Source: Candidatus Marinacidobacterales bacterium (GTDB lineage Bacteria; Acidobacteriota; Vicinamibacteria; Marinacidobacterales; DATDRI01). From it: 64,000 nucleotides of DNA. Of the stretch, positions 31,063 through 41,751 are shown piece after piece (the stretch's first letter is position 1; the number at the start of each line of letters is the position of its first letter). A program made the translations under genes and the position numbers. The DNA lies in NCBI GenBank assembly GCA_965219415.1, contig CBDCNP010000002.1, positions 3,168,001-3,232,000 on the forward strand, written 5' to 3'. The notes beneath the pieces are model-generated. The model did not search any database, was not told the origin of the DNA, and was given only the letters and a program-made list of their open reading frames with translations.

Positions 31063-32672
31063 CTACGCGACGCCCATCGCATAGAGCAGATCGGCATAAC
31101 CCTTCTCGATCCCTGGCAGCCCGACGACCGAAGAGTGCGAGGAGGGCGACGTTGGCTTCGGGTCGACCAGCATGTACTCGTTCGGTGCGTGCAGATTGCC
31201 ACCGTGTCCGAGACCCACCAAGATCAAAGGTAAGCCGAGTCTTTCGGTGAACTGATAGAACGGCGCATTCGCGCCGAAGCGGGGCCATACCGCCGGAGTG
31301 ATTCCGTATTTGTTGTAGACGGAGATCGCCTTTTGCACCAGCGGGGCTTCGACCGTGGTCTGCGAGGGCGGGTACGAAGCGAGGATCCTGATCTCGATAT
31401 CGCCGAAACCGTTGTCATCGAGGTGTCGGCGGATCAACTTCAAGGCATTTTCCGGACGTTGATTCGGCACCAGCATCGAATCGATCTTGGCCACCGCTCG
31501 GCTGGGCAAGATGCAATTGGCGCCCGGGCCCACGTAGCCGGAAGAGATACCGTCGATGTTGAGCGTGGTGTCGAAGAGAAACTGAGTGAAGGTTTCCTTG
31601 CCTCGGCTCCCGCCGATCCATCTCTTCACGCCTAAGTCGGTGTACTGAGTAAACTCGCCATTGGGACCGAAGAAACCCTCTAGTTGAGGGCTGTTGATGA
31701 GGCGCTGTTGTTCTGTATTGGGAGGCTGGATCGGGTCGTAGTAGCCGGGAACGGCAATGGTGTTCCCGTCGGGTGACGTCAAAGTCGAGAGGGCTTGCAC
31801 AAGGCGCCAGGTGGGGAAGTCGACAATCGATTTGAACCAACCCCCGATGTCATCCACGGTTGGGCCGCCCTGAGCGTTACCGGTCGTTTCCAGCTCGAGG
31901 TAGAGCCATCCTTTCATTCCCAAGCTCAACGTCGCCGCGCCTTCTGCGTTTTGCGAATTGTGAGGGCAAATGACACCGACCACTTCACTGAGGCGCTCTC
32001 CGTAACGGTCGATGATCTGCGCATAGCTACGGGAGCCGATCTCCTCCTCGCCTTCCGCGGCGATCATCAGGTTGACCGGGAGATTGCCCTCCGCGGCGAT
32101 AATGGATTCCACCGCGTTTAGGAAAGCGCGCTCCGGTCCCTTTTGGTTCGCTGCGCCGCGAGCCATGATCGCCGTACCGAGCTCCCCCATCTCGATGAGC
32201 TCGCCGGCAAAAGGAGCGACCCGCCATTCATCGGCCACCGCGGGGACGACGTCGTACATCATGTAGACGGCGATAGTTCTCTTTGCCCCGGCGTCGTAAT
32301 AGCCCCACACACCGGGATGCCCGGTAGTCGGCACCAGCTCGGCTTCCTTGAATCCCAGCCCGCGGAAATCATCGCGGACCATCGTCGCCATCTCTTCGAT
32401 CCCATTGCCCTGTGCACTGTCCGAGGGTTGGCGTAACCAGCGGCGGATGTGCTCCAGATGAGCTTCTCGATGCTCGTCGATGTATACTGATAAACCGCAG
32501 GGTGGTTGCCTTCGTACGCCGAAATTTCCGCGGCGTCGAAGGCTTCTTCCGTCGTCATCTCGAATTTGGAACGTTTCGACTGCGGCCCAGGACCGAACCT
32601 ACTGCCGAGGCTCCCCAAGGCGGCCGCGGGTACCCCTAACAAACTGGCCTGCATGAAGTCCCGGCGCTTCAT
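31063..32672 (-). CDS. Tat-exported M20/M25/M40 metallo-hydrolase, frameshift near 32485
   Basis: MKRRDF Tat motif; YDVVP, ARGA, EGEEEIGS, HAPNE; YIDEH...WLRQPS lies upstream in the catalytic-domain frame. Confidence 0.85.
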
Positions 32673-34420
32673 GGTGCAGGCCTCAGCTTTCCCCTCTCCT
32701 CTTCCGTCCGCTTTGCATCGAGTTTCCCCGTCGTCGCGTCGATGACCGCTCCGTAGTCTTTGAGGGCGGCCTCGGGCGATATGTAACCCCGCGCGACGTC
32801 CTGCTCCACGAGCGCCGGATCACGCTCCAACGGTTCGCCGTTGCCACCGCCCCCGCCGGTCTTCATGCGTATCCGAGCTCCGGGTTTGAGTTTCAGTCCC
32901 ACCGTCTTGAGCAAAACTTCTTCGGGAGCTCCCTCTTCGGTCGCGACGAAACACTCGTTGGTACGGCCCGGTTTCCCGCCGAACAATCCCCACGGGGGAC
33001 ATTGGTTTCTTTCAAAGAAGATGTTGACCTCGGCTTCCTGGTCGAGGACGCGATGCACTCGTTCATACCCCAGCCCACCGCGAAATTTCCCCGGTCCCGC
33101 CGAATCCTGCCGTAGGCCGAAGCTCTCCACCACCAGCGGTGACTTAGCCTCCAGGACCTCGACCGGTACGTTCCGCGTGTCGCCGTTCATGAGGGACGTA
33201 ACGACACTCTCTCCGTCTTCGAAGGAACGTCCACCCCATCCCCCTTGGATCCCTTCGATGTGGATGAATTTCTTGCCGGTTCTTTCGTCCTTGCCGTAAG
33301 CGATGATGGAGGAAACGGCACCGTAGTGGCCGGCGGGGACTCGATCGGGAATGGCTCCGGATAGCGCTTTGTACGTCAGATCCACGAGGACCACGAGCGG
33401 CATCGCGTAAGCCGCTACCGGCGCGGGCTCGATCGCACTCACCATGGTTCCCGGTGGAATAATCGTCTTGATGGGCCGGAAGTTTCCTTCGTTGACCAAG
33501 AGAAAAGGCGTGGTGAGTGAAACCGACGCCACCCGAGCGACTGACACCGCACACGGCGCCCCGCAGTTGATGGGACCCTTGACCATCGGGGGCATCTCGG
33601 AGAAATCGAATGTCATTTCATCCCCCGAGACACCGACTTTGATCTTTATGGGCACGTTCTTGTCGAGGTCGATGCCGTCGTTGTCGAGATAGGCGCTCGC
33701 CTCATAGTCGCCGTCGGGTATTTTCTCGATCTCTGCCCGCGCGATCCGCTCGTTGTGATCCATGAGCCGCTCAACGTAGGAGAAAGTTTCCTCCACGCCC
33801 AGCTTGGACAAGATCTCCGAGAAGCGTTTTTCTCCGGTCCGGCAAGCCGCCACCAAGGCAAAGAGGTCTCCCAGGACGATGTCGGTAAATCGTGTGTTGG
33901 TGCGGAAGAAGGAGATAATGTCCTGGTTCACTTCGCCCGCCTTGAAGAGCTTGAGAGACTTGAACCGGATGCCTTCCTGGTGCACGTCGGTGGTGTCGAA
34001 GAACCAGCCTCCTCCTGGGGCCTTCCCCCCGAGGTCGATGAGGTGCCCTCGTCCGGCCGCGAAGGCGACCAGCTTTCCCTCGAAGAAGATGGGGGAGCAA
34101 ACGCTCATGTCACCGAGATGCGTACCGGTGGTGTAGGGGTCGTTGGTGATGAGTAGGTCACCGGGCTCGATTCCGTCTAGGCCGTACGTCTTGATGCCGT
34201 CGGTGATGGAAGCCCCCAGGTTGCCGAGGAAAATGGGAAGCCCTGAAGCCTGAGCGAGCGTCCGACCTTCGGCGTCGAACAGCCCAACCGCGAAGTCCAG
34301 GACCTCGTAGATCAGTGTGCTGTGCGAGGTCCGGATGAGGTTGAGCTTCATCTCCTCGGCGGCCGCGTTCAGGCTCGAACGGAGGATCTCTTGAGTGATC
34401 GGGTCTGGTTTCTTCGCCAT
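32669..34420 (-). CDS. hyuB: Hydantoinase B/oxoprolinase family
   Basis: NDPY..GTHLGD, HLID.GG, GPGKFRGG, GGGGG.G.P. Confidence 0.92.
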   Translation of the reverse strand: MAKKPDPITQEILRSSLNAAAEEMKLNLIRTSHSTLIYEVLDFAVGLFDAEGRTLAQASGLPIFLGNLGASITDGIKTYGLDGIEPGDLLITNDPYTTGTHLGDMSVCSPIFFEGKLVAFAAGRGHLIDLGGKAPGGGWFFDTTDVHQEGIRFKSLKLFKAGEVNQDIISFFRTNTRFTDIVLGDLFALVAACRTGEKRFSEILSKLGVEETFSYVERLMDHNERIARAEIEKIPDGDYEASAYLDNDGIDLDKNVPIKIKVGVSGDEMTFDFSEMPPMVKGPINCGAPCAVSVARVASVSLTTPFLLVNEGNFRPIKTIIPPGTMVSAIEPAPVAAYAMPLVVLVDLTYKALSGAIPDRVPAGHYGAVSSIIAYGKDERTGKKFIHIEGIQGGWGGRSFEDGESVVTSLMNGDTRNVPVEVLEAKSPLVVESFGLRQDSAGPGKFRGGLGYERVHRVLDQEAEVNIFFERNQCPPWGLFGGKPGRTNECFVATEEGAPEEVLLKTVGLKLKPGARIRMKTGGGGGNGEPLERDPALVEQDVARGYISPEAALKDYGAVIDATTGKLDAKRTEEERGKLRPAP

Positions 34421-34422
34421 CT

Positions 34423-36477
34423 CTAGGCTCCTATCTCGATCACGATATGACCGTGCTCGGTGATCGTGGCCTGGTCGCCTTCATGAAGCACGGTGGTCGA
34501 AGCATACTCTTCTACGATGGCCGGCCCGGTGAGCCGATTTCCGGCGCGTAGTTCCGAACGGACGTAGATCGGACACTCGAGCCAGTGAGCGCCCTCTTCC
34601 AGAAGAACCTTCCGGGTTCCGGCCATCGCCTCCTGATTCACGGTTTTCTTCCCAGCTTCCAACTTCGGGAATTGTGGGCGTTCGACCTTGCCGACCACGG
34701 TGACGCGGAGGTTCACGATCTGCGCCGGGGAGTTCGGCTCTGAAACCCCGTAGTGCGCCTGGTGGAGCTTGTCGAAGCTTTCTTTGATTTGAGGCTTAAG
34801 GTCCTCGCGAAACGTCTCTGCGGAAATTGGAACCGAGACGCTATGTTCTTGACCCACATATCTCATGTCCATGAATCGAAGCACGGAGACCGATTCGTCG
34901 GACATGCACTCGGCAGTCAAATGTTTTTTCCCTTCGGCCTCCATGGAGGCGAAGACGCGTTCGACTTTAGACGGTTCCGCCACCGCGAAATCCACCGCGA
35001 GCGTTCGGACATAGTCGTGCTTCAGGTCCGTGAGGAGCATGGCGAATGCGGAGAAGTTTCCTGGATAAAGAGGAACGATGACCTTGGGGATCTCGAGCTC
35101 CCGCGCCAGCGACGTGGCGTGGACCGGGCCGGCGCCCCCGAAGGCGATCAGGACGAAATCCCTGGGGTCGTGTCCCCGCTCGACGGTGACCGCCCTCAAC
35201 CCATGAAGCATGTTGGTGTTCACGATCTTGAGGATGCCGAGCGCCATTTCCGACGCAGTGAAATCAAACCGGGTTGCGACCTCCGAGATAGCCTTTTCTG
35301 CCGCCTCGAGGTCGAGCGGCATCTCTCCTCCAAGAAAGTTCTTCGGGTTGAGCCGGCCGGTGAGGAGATTCGCATCGGTTACCGTGGGTTCGCGACCACC
35401 CCATCCATAGCAGGCGGGTCCGGGATCGGAGCCCGCACTTCGGGGACCTACCATCAGAGCTCCCGCGTCATCGATCCAAGCGAGGCTTCCACCGCCCGCT
35501 CCCACTTCCACCAGATCGGTCACCGGCATGACGATGGGATGGCCCTTCTTGCCGCCCACTCGGTATTGGTTGGTGACTTGAGCCCGGCCGTCCTCGACGA
35601 GGCAAGCCTTGGCGGTGGTGCCTCCCATATCGAAGGAAATCACGTTGCTGTGGCCGAGAAGCTCGCCGATACCGATCGCTCCAACGACCCCTCCAGCGGG
35701 ACCGGACTCCATCAGCGTCACCGGTTTCTGGGTCGCAAGCTCTGGGCTCATGACACCACCGTTCGACTGCATGATCAGCAAAGAGCCTCGAAAGTCTTTC
35801 TTTCGAATCTCTCCTTCAAGATCTCGAACGTACTTCGTCACCCGGGGCGCGACGTACGCGTTGACACAGGTCGTGCTCGTTCGTTCGTACTCCCGGTACT
35901 CTCTCAACACTTCATGCGAGAGCGTGACCGGCATGTCGGGGCAAATCTTCCGAGCGATCTCCCCCAGCTTCTTCTCGTGTTCAGGGTTCACGTAGGAGTT
36001 GATGAGGCATACCGCCAGGGAAGCGACTCCCTGCCGTTTGAGCTCTTCCATGACCGACGCTGCCTCACCCAGATCGAGCGGCTCGAGGATGTCACCCGAG
36101 GAGCGGATTCGTTCGGTCACCTCGAACCGTAGCTCCCGCGGAACGAGCGGTTTGGGTTTGTTATAGAGGCAGTCGTACATATCCAGCCGATTCGCCCGGC
36201 CGATCTCGTAGACGTCACGGAAACCCTTGGTCGTGAGCAGAGCGGTCCTGGCTCCCTTGAGCTCGAGGAGGGTATTGATGGCGATGGTGGTACCGTGAAT
36301 CAGGTACTGTGTGTCGGAGAGATCATGCTCGACCTTCTCGACGCACTCGCGTATCGCCCTTTCGGGTGCGTCCGGTGTGCTCGAGACTTTGGTCAGCGTG
36401 AGCCGGCCGGTGCCTTCTTCTAGGGCGACGAAATCGGTGAAGGTGCCTCCGATATCGGTCGCCACTCGGTCCCGCAT
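34423..36477 (-). CDS. hyuA: Hydantoinase A/oxoprolinase family
   Basis: DIGGTFTD, HGTT, SGPAGG, DMGGTT, GAGGGS. Confidence 0.93.
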   Translation of the reverse strand: MRDRVATDIGGTFTDFVALEEGTGRLTLTKVSSTPDAPERAIRECVEKVEHDLSDTQYLIHGTTIAINTLLELKGARTALLTTKGFRDVYEIGRANRLDMYDCLYNKPKPLVPRELRFEVTERIRSSGDILEPLDLGEAASVMEELKRQGVASLAVCLINSYVNPEHEKKLGEIARKICPDMPVTLSHEVLREYREYERTSTTCVNAYVAPRVTKYVRDLEGEIRKKDFRGSLLIMQSNGGVMSPELATQKPVTLMESGPAGGVVGAIGIGELLGHSNVISFDMGGTTAKACLVEDGRAQVTNQYRVGGKKGHPIVMPVTDLVEVGAGGGSLAWIDDAGALMVGPRSAGSDPGPACYGWGGREPTVTDANLLTGRLNPKNFLGGEMPLDLEAAEKAISEVATRFDFTASEMALGILKIVNTNMLHGLRAVTVERGHDPRDFVLIAFGGAGPVHATSLARELEIPKVIVPLYPGNFSAFAMLLTDLKHDYVRTLAVDFAVAEPSKVERVFASMEAEGKKHLTAECMSDESVSVLRFMDMRYVGQEHSVSVPISAETFREDLKPQIKESFDKLHQAHYGVSEPNSPAQIVNLRVTVVGKVERPQFPKLEAGKKTVNQEAMAGTRKVLLEEGAHWLECPIYVRSELRAGNRLTGPAIVEEYASTTVLHEGDQATITEHGHIVIEIGA

Positions 36478-36483
36478 GGGTTG

Positions 36484-39131
36484 CTAAGTCTCGTCGTCGA
36501 GGGTGAGGAGCCAGATGTCGGCTTCCGAAGTTTCCATCGTGAAGTAGATGGTTCGGCCATCAGGAGTCGGTACAGGTACGCGTAGCTGGTTGGGCTTTAC
36601 CGAGAGCACTTCCTGCTGTTCCCCGGTTTGGCTGTCGATGAGAACGATTTCCTGTCGCGTGCGAAACAGGAGCTTATTTGTGTCGCCGACCCACTTAGGG
36701 CCGTTCCCGACATCACTCAGCTTCTTATACCGCTGCGACTCGAAGTCGTAAACGGCCACGCCGTCAAGCCTCCCCGAGGTTACAAGGTTGCCCGCCAAGC
36801 GACGGCCGTCCCTCGACCAGTCCCAAGGAAAAAACCCATCAGACTCATCGTCCAAAGGGGGCAACGCTTCCGGCTTCTGTTCAAGAAAGCTCGTGTCCAG
36901 TCGAAAGATGTGAGGCACAGACTGCGGGAAGAGTGTATAAGCCATCAATGATTCATCCGGCGACCACACTGGGACGTCCGCGTCATCGGTGGTATCGGTG
37001 AGCTCGCGGAGCCCGCTGCCGTCGGGGCGGACGGTCCAGATCTCATAGGTACCCGTGCGATCCGAATAGAACGCGATCCACTGACCATCGGGTGACCAGC
37101 GAGCGCCGCGGTCCCTAGCCAGGTCGTCCGTGAGCTGTCGACGCTCGCTTCCATCGGACCGCATCACGAAGAGGCCCTGTTGTTTGCTTCCCGTGCGCCC
37201 GGTGAGCCACTCGCCGTCGGGGGACGTATCGGTCACGAAGAAGCGATTAGATCCCCGCGTTACCGGGGCAGGGCTGCCCAGTGTTTCGCCGGTCGTAGGA
37301 TCGAAATCCACCTTGTGGATATTCGAAGCCACCGTCTGAGCCACGTAGGCTACTTTGCGGCCATCTCCGGACAGGCTCAGGTGTAGAGCTTCGGCGGCCA
37401 CACCGCTCGTGACCGGTTCCGGGTTGCCGAGAGCTTCGCCGGATTCCTCGCTGATGGCGACGCGCCATAAGTTTTGACTGCCCCCACGGTCACTCGAGAA
37501 GTAGAGGTATTTACCGTCCGGTGACCATACCGGGTTCCAGTCGAAGTAACCATCTTCGGTCACACGAACGGGCTCACCACCGTCTGCAGGTATCGTCCAG
37601 ATCTCGGCGCCTTCGAAGAGCGACCAGAAGGCGATGCGGTGACCGCGCGGAGACCAATGAGGCTAGCAGCATCGTCATCCGTGAGAAGCTTTTTTTCGCC
37701 GCTTGCAGTGTCGATGATCCAGAGCTCACTCGGAGTCCGATTGCGAGTGGTCAACGTCATGCCGGTCGCGCAGACGATCCGCTTTCCATCCGGCGCCCAA
37801 GCGGGGTTGTACCCGAAGTCGGCCGCTCGCTTCACCGATTCTCCGGTGCGTCCCATCACGAAAAGCCCACCACCGTCTCGCTCGGAGCGGAACAGGATCT
37901 GCTCCCCGTCCGGGGAGAAGGCGGGCTGTGTGTCGTCGGCCTCAACGCCCTCGGTGAGGTTGATGGCCCTCTCGCCGCCTACGCTCTGCAGATAGATGTC
38001 CCAATTCCCCGAGGTATCGCTGGCGTACACTACCCAGTTTCCGTCCGGCGAGAGGGTTGAAACAATTCTCGGGCGAGGTTCGTCGTGAGCTGGCTGAACC
38101 TGCCCGTAATACTTCTGTCCTTCTCGGACTGTCGATGCGGGATCGCCGGGTCTCAGGAAATACCCCACTAGAGCAGCCGCAATCGCCACCGCACCGACCG
38201 CGGCCCAGACGGTCCAGCTCTTTCGAGACGGGGCAGAGGCCTGCCCGGCCTTGAGCAGCACTCCTGAGTCAAGCTCCTGCTTGAGCTCGTCGAGCTCGTT
38301 CCTCAGATCTTTCGCCGATTGATAGCGGCGGTCGGGATCCTTTACCAGCGCGCGCTTCACGATCCGTGTGAGCTCCGGAGGGCAAGCAGGATTGAGCGTT
38401 CTCACCGACGTGGGAGTGTCGCGAAGAATCGCGGAGAGAAACGAGCCCGGCCCATCGCCTTTGAAGGGGCGCTCGCCGGCGAGCATTTCATAGAAGATGA
38501 TGCCGAGGGAGAAGATGTCCGTACGGTGATCGAGCTTCTTGCCTTCGGCTTGCTCGGGCGACATGCACGCCGCGGTTCCCACGATGCGACCCGCCTCGGT
38601 CATGGCTGCCGTAGGAAGCGCACTGTTGGAGGCGTCGCCCGCCTCCGGGCGCAGCTTGGCGAGGCCGAAGTCCAGGATCTTGAGCTGCCCCTCGTCGCTC
38701 ACCATGATGTTGTCGGGCTTCAGATCTCGATGGGTGATGCCGTGCCCGTGCGCGGAGCTCACCGCGTCCGCGACCGGGACCGGGACCGCGATCTCGAAGA
38801 ACCGCTTCAACCCCAGACCCTTCGACTCAATCAGGTCGGTGAGGGTTTTCCCGCGGACGAGCTCCATGGTGATGAAGTGGACGCCCTCCGATTCTTCGAT
38901 GGAGTGGATGGTGACGATGTTGGGGTGATTGAGCGCTGCGACCGCCTTCGCCTCGCGCTCGAACCGCTCTCGGCGCTGTGCGTTGCCCGCCATCTCCTCC
39001 GGCAACACTTTGATGGCGATCTCCCGGCCGAGCTTCGGATCCCGGGCCCGGTAAACTTCACCCATTCCACCCGCACCGAGTGCGGACAGGATCTCGTAGG
39101 AGCCCAGCTTCGTGCCGGGAGTCAAAGACAT
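36484..39131 (-). pseudogene. Hanks-type Ser/Thr kinase + TM + PD40 propeller, with several frameshifts
   Basis: GAGGMGEVY, AIK, HRDLKPDN, DFG, SPEQ; SPDG repeats continue in other frames; VPVPV duplication. Confidence 0.85.
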
Positions 39132-39151
39132 GGCTGGCCTTTTCTAGAGGC

Positions 39152-39182
39152 AAAATAGCCCGCCACGAAGCGAAAAGTCAAA
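39152..39182 (-). promoter_or_regulatory. Kinase promoter-like repeat, copy 1
   Basis: TTGACT-18 bp-TATTTT on the minus strand; 30/31 identical to 43115-43145. Confidence 0.65.
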
Positions 39183-39207
39183 ACGTTACGTGGCACGCAG
39201 ACTGCCG

Positions 39208-39621
39208 CTACGGCAGGAGGCGGAAAGCGTCGGAGTGTTTTGGCCGAATCGTACCAAAGTGCCGATGGTCGAGCGTGATGATGATATCGGTCTTGAAGCG
39301 TTCGGCCAGCGCGACGACCGAAGCGTCGGTTCCTCCCAGTCTCAATTTCTCGTAACGTTTTACAAGGTCGGCTACGCGTGACCACTCGGCGGGCATTGGC
39401 GCCTCCACGTCGAAGTTTTCGAGCCCGCGGAGAAAGGTCGCCTCCGCCCTCGCGCCCTCCCGTCGTCCTAATAGGTAAGTCACTTCGGCAACACACAACG
39501 CAGGGATGACCAGTTGGTATCGGGGAGACCGTAGTGCCGCGAGACAGGGCCGGTGTTGGGGGTCGGCGGTGTTTGCAGAGGCGATGAGCGGACCGCTATC
39601 CACGATCGCGATCGATATCAT
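39208..39621 (-). CDS. vapC: PIN-domain toxin (VapC family)
   Basis: IVDSG, VAEV, TDASVV, TLDHRHF. Confidence 0.9.
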   Translation of the reverse strand: MISIAIVDSGPLIASANTADPQHRPCLAALRSPRYQLVIPALCVAEVTYLLGRREGARAEATFLRGLENFDVEAPMPAEWSRVADLVKRYEKLRLGGTDASVVALAERFKTDIIITLDHRHFGTIRPKHSDAFRLLP

Positions 39622-39847
39622 CGCTCCATTCTCGTTCCAGCTCTTCGTCGATGTCCTTGCCGTGAACGAAACTGGGGTCGTTCACGATACCCGCCCACGG
39701 GATCTGGCGGGGTTGTTCCTCCGAGCCGACAAACGCCTGAGACAGGAGTTGGCGGATGACTTCAGAAACCGAGGCACGCTGGCGTTGAGCCTCGCGCTCG
39801 ACGAGCTCTGCAAGCTCATCCGAAAGTGTAATAGTGGTGCGCTTCAT
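39596..39847 (-). CDS. CopG/RHH antitoxin
   Basis: MKRTTITL...SVSEVIR; overlaps vapC. Confidence 0.88.
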   Translation of the reverse strand: MKRTTITLSDELAELVEREAQRQRASVSEVIRQLLSQAFVGSEEQPRQIPWAGIVNDPSFVHGKDIDEELEREWSDDIDRDRG

Positions 39848-40001
39848 ATACGCATACTAGCATAACAAGTCCAATCGTTCAAGCTCCAAGTAAGGCTTGG
39901 GAGAAGAGACGAAGCATCGGAGCGCAAGCCGCCCGCTAAATGCCAATTTTTCTTACGGTAATCGATTGGAACTCGTCAGAATATATGTGGTATATTTGAA
40001 C

Positions 40002-40226
40002 ATGCCGCAGCTACATCTGTATGTGCCAAGGGAGGTTGCAGCAGAATTGAAGCGTCGAGCCAAGGCCAAAGGGAAGACGGTCTCAGGTTTTCTAGGGGAG
40101 CTTGTTCAACGGGAGATCTCCGGCGCTTGGCCTGAAGGATTCTTTACGGACGTGGTCGGGGGTTGGGCCGGTGAGCCCTTGACGCGACCAGATGATTTGA
40201 AGCTCGAGGAAAGAGATGAGCTTTAG
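40002..40226 (+). CDS. RHH-type antitoxin
   Basis: MPQLHLYVP..LKRRAKAKGKTVS; abuts vapC; ATG 40002 just after TG-G-TATATT. Confidence 0.82.
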   Translation: MPQLHLYVPREVAAELKRRAKAKGKTVSGFLGELVQREISGAWPEGFFTDVVGGWAGEPLTRPDDLKLEERDEL

Positions 40227-40652
40227 ATGTACTTGCTCGATACCAACGCCTGTATCCGAGTCCTCAACGACAGTTCTCACCCTCTGGTGAGCCGACTGCG
40301 TCAACATCATCCTGCTGAAATACGCCTCTGCTCGGTGGTGAAAGGGGAGCTGGTTTATGGGGCCCGACGGAGCTCCCGTCCAGCCGAGAACCTCCGTCTC
40401 CTGAGCCGGTTCTTCGCTCCGTTCATTTCCTTACCCTTCGAAGATCGATGCGCCGACCACTACGGTGAAATTCGCCACGACCTTCAACGGGCGGGAACGC
40501 TCATAGGCCCTAACGATCTCATAGGCCCTAACGATCTTCTGATCGCTGCCACCGCGATCGGCCACGACGCCACGTTGATAACGCACAACACGCGGGAGTT
40601 TTCCCGTGTCGTGGGACTCGCCTTGGAGGATTGGGAGGAGCCGAGTAGCTAG
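40227..40652 (+). CDS. vapC: VapC PIN toxin with an in-frame 18-bp tandem duplication
   Basis: YLLDTN, GEL, IGPND twice, THNTREF. Confidence 0.9.
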   Translation: MYLLDTNACIRVLNDSSHPLVSRLRQHHPAEIRLCSVVKGELVYGARRSSRPAENLRLLSRFFAPFISLPFEDRCADHYGEIRHDLQRAGTLIGPNDLIGPNDLLIAATAIGHDATLITHNTREFSRVVGLALEDWEEPSS

Positions 40653-40671
40653 GGCTGGGCGACGTTGGACG

Positions 40672-40785
40672 TGTTACTTATCTTCACAAATCCCGAATTG
40701 GCAAACGTTTTCCAAGATTATGTTAAATTCACCGTTTCGAATGTACCCACTTAACTCGGTCTGGAACGAGTAACCAAAAGTAACA
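40672..40785. mobile_element. Putative non-autonomous (MITE-like) 114-bp element with TGTTACTT/AAGTAACA termini
   Basis: 8-bp terminal inverted repeats; left part matches inverted 6033-6076, right part matches 43161-43235; no target duplication. Confidence 0.5.
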
Positions 40786-40852
40786 ACTGATAGATCTGGG
40801 GCAGAGCTTCCGGGACTAAACCCGCGGGAGGGTGTTATCCTAGTGAAAACCC

Positions 40853-41751
40853 GTGTTTTCCAAATTACTGAGGGACCAGTCCGGCAGGATGGTCGAGCCT
40901 CAATTATTTGTCGCGATCATGGGCATTGCAGCCGCGATCATCGTTCCCCAACTGTTGGCGCGAGGGGAAGCGCGAGATCAGGATCTCTCGGCACAATGTA
41001 TCAAGAACCTCTTTCTCATCAAGGAAGGGGCTGACCCCTCGGCTCTTGCTTGCCCGATCTCGGAGCTGGCTTACACGCCCGAGACCCGCGATGGGGTCCG
41101 AGTCCTATCCTGCGCGGATCCGGGGAACCATCTGCGTTTCGACCTAAGCCTCGTCGAGCGCGGCGAGTCATGGGAATTGCACTCCGGGCTCCCCGAGCAC
41201 CCCCACCGCCCGGTGGGGTTGTCGAAATAGAGGGGGCTCGTACCTTCTTCGAATATCGGCCGGAAGAGGTCACCATCGTAAACTCACCACCGCCGCCGCT
41301 GGAGCGTTACCTTTTCACCCCCCTCATCGTCGTAGTCCTCTTCTTTGTGTTCCTGATGCCCGCCAAATGGATTGGGTCCGCCCTTTTATCAGATTTTTCA
41401 GAAAACACACTTGGCCAATCGCTCGTCTTGTTTGTAATCTTTCTGCTACTCCTAGCACCCGGTACCATCCTTATCGCGTGGACGATCCACGGCGCCATCC
41501 ACCGCGACGAGATCGTCCTCTCCCGCGAAGATAAATCTTTGAGCATTCAAGTCTACGATCTGGGCAGGGCTTTCAGAGAAGCCGAGCCCATTCCGTCGGT
41601 GCGCGGAGTGTTTCCGGTTTTCGGAGACGACCGCTACCGCGTCGTTGCCATTTACGAAGACCAGGGGCAGATGCGACACCGGACGCTCTTCAAGTCGTCT
41701 GGATCCGGCTGGGAGGTCTCTTCCCTATTGAATCAACTCTTTGCCCTTTAA
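40853..41751 (+). CDS. Prepilin-like N-terminus fused to a membrane domain, probable frameshift near 41205
   Basis: LRDQSG then hydrophobic helix ending AIIVP, AQCIKNL; two TM helices in the next frame. Confidence 0.55.

Noticed and set aside
34753-36132. Long antisense ORFs (also 53795-54946, 18232-19500, 60-743)
   Set aside because: Shadows of clear genes in GC-rich DNA with no recognisable motifs.
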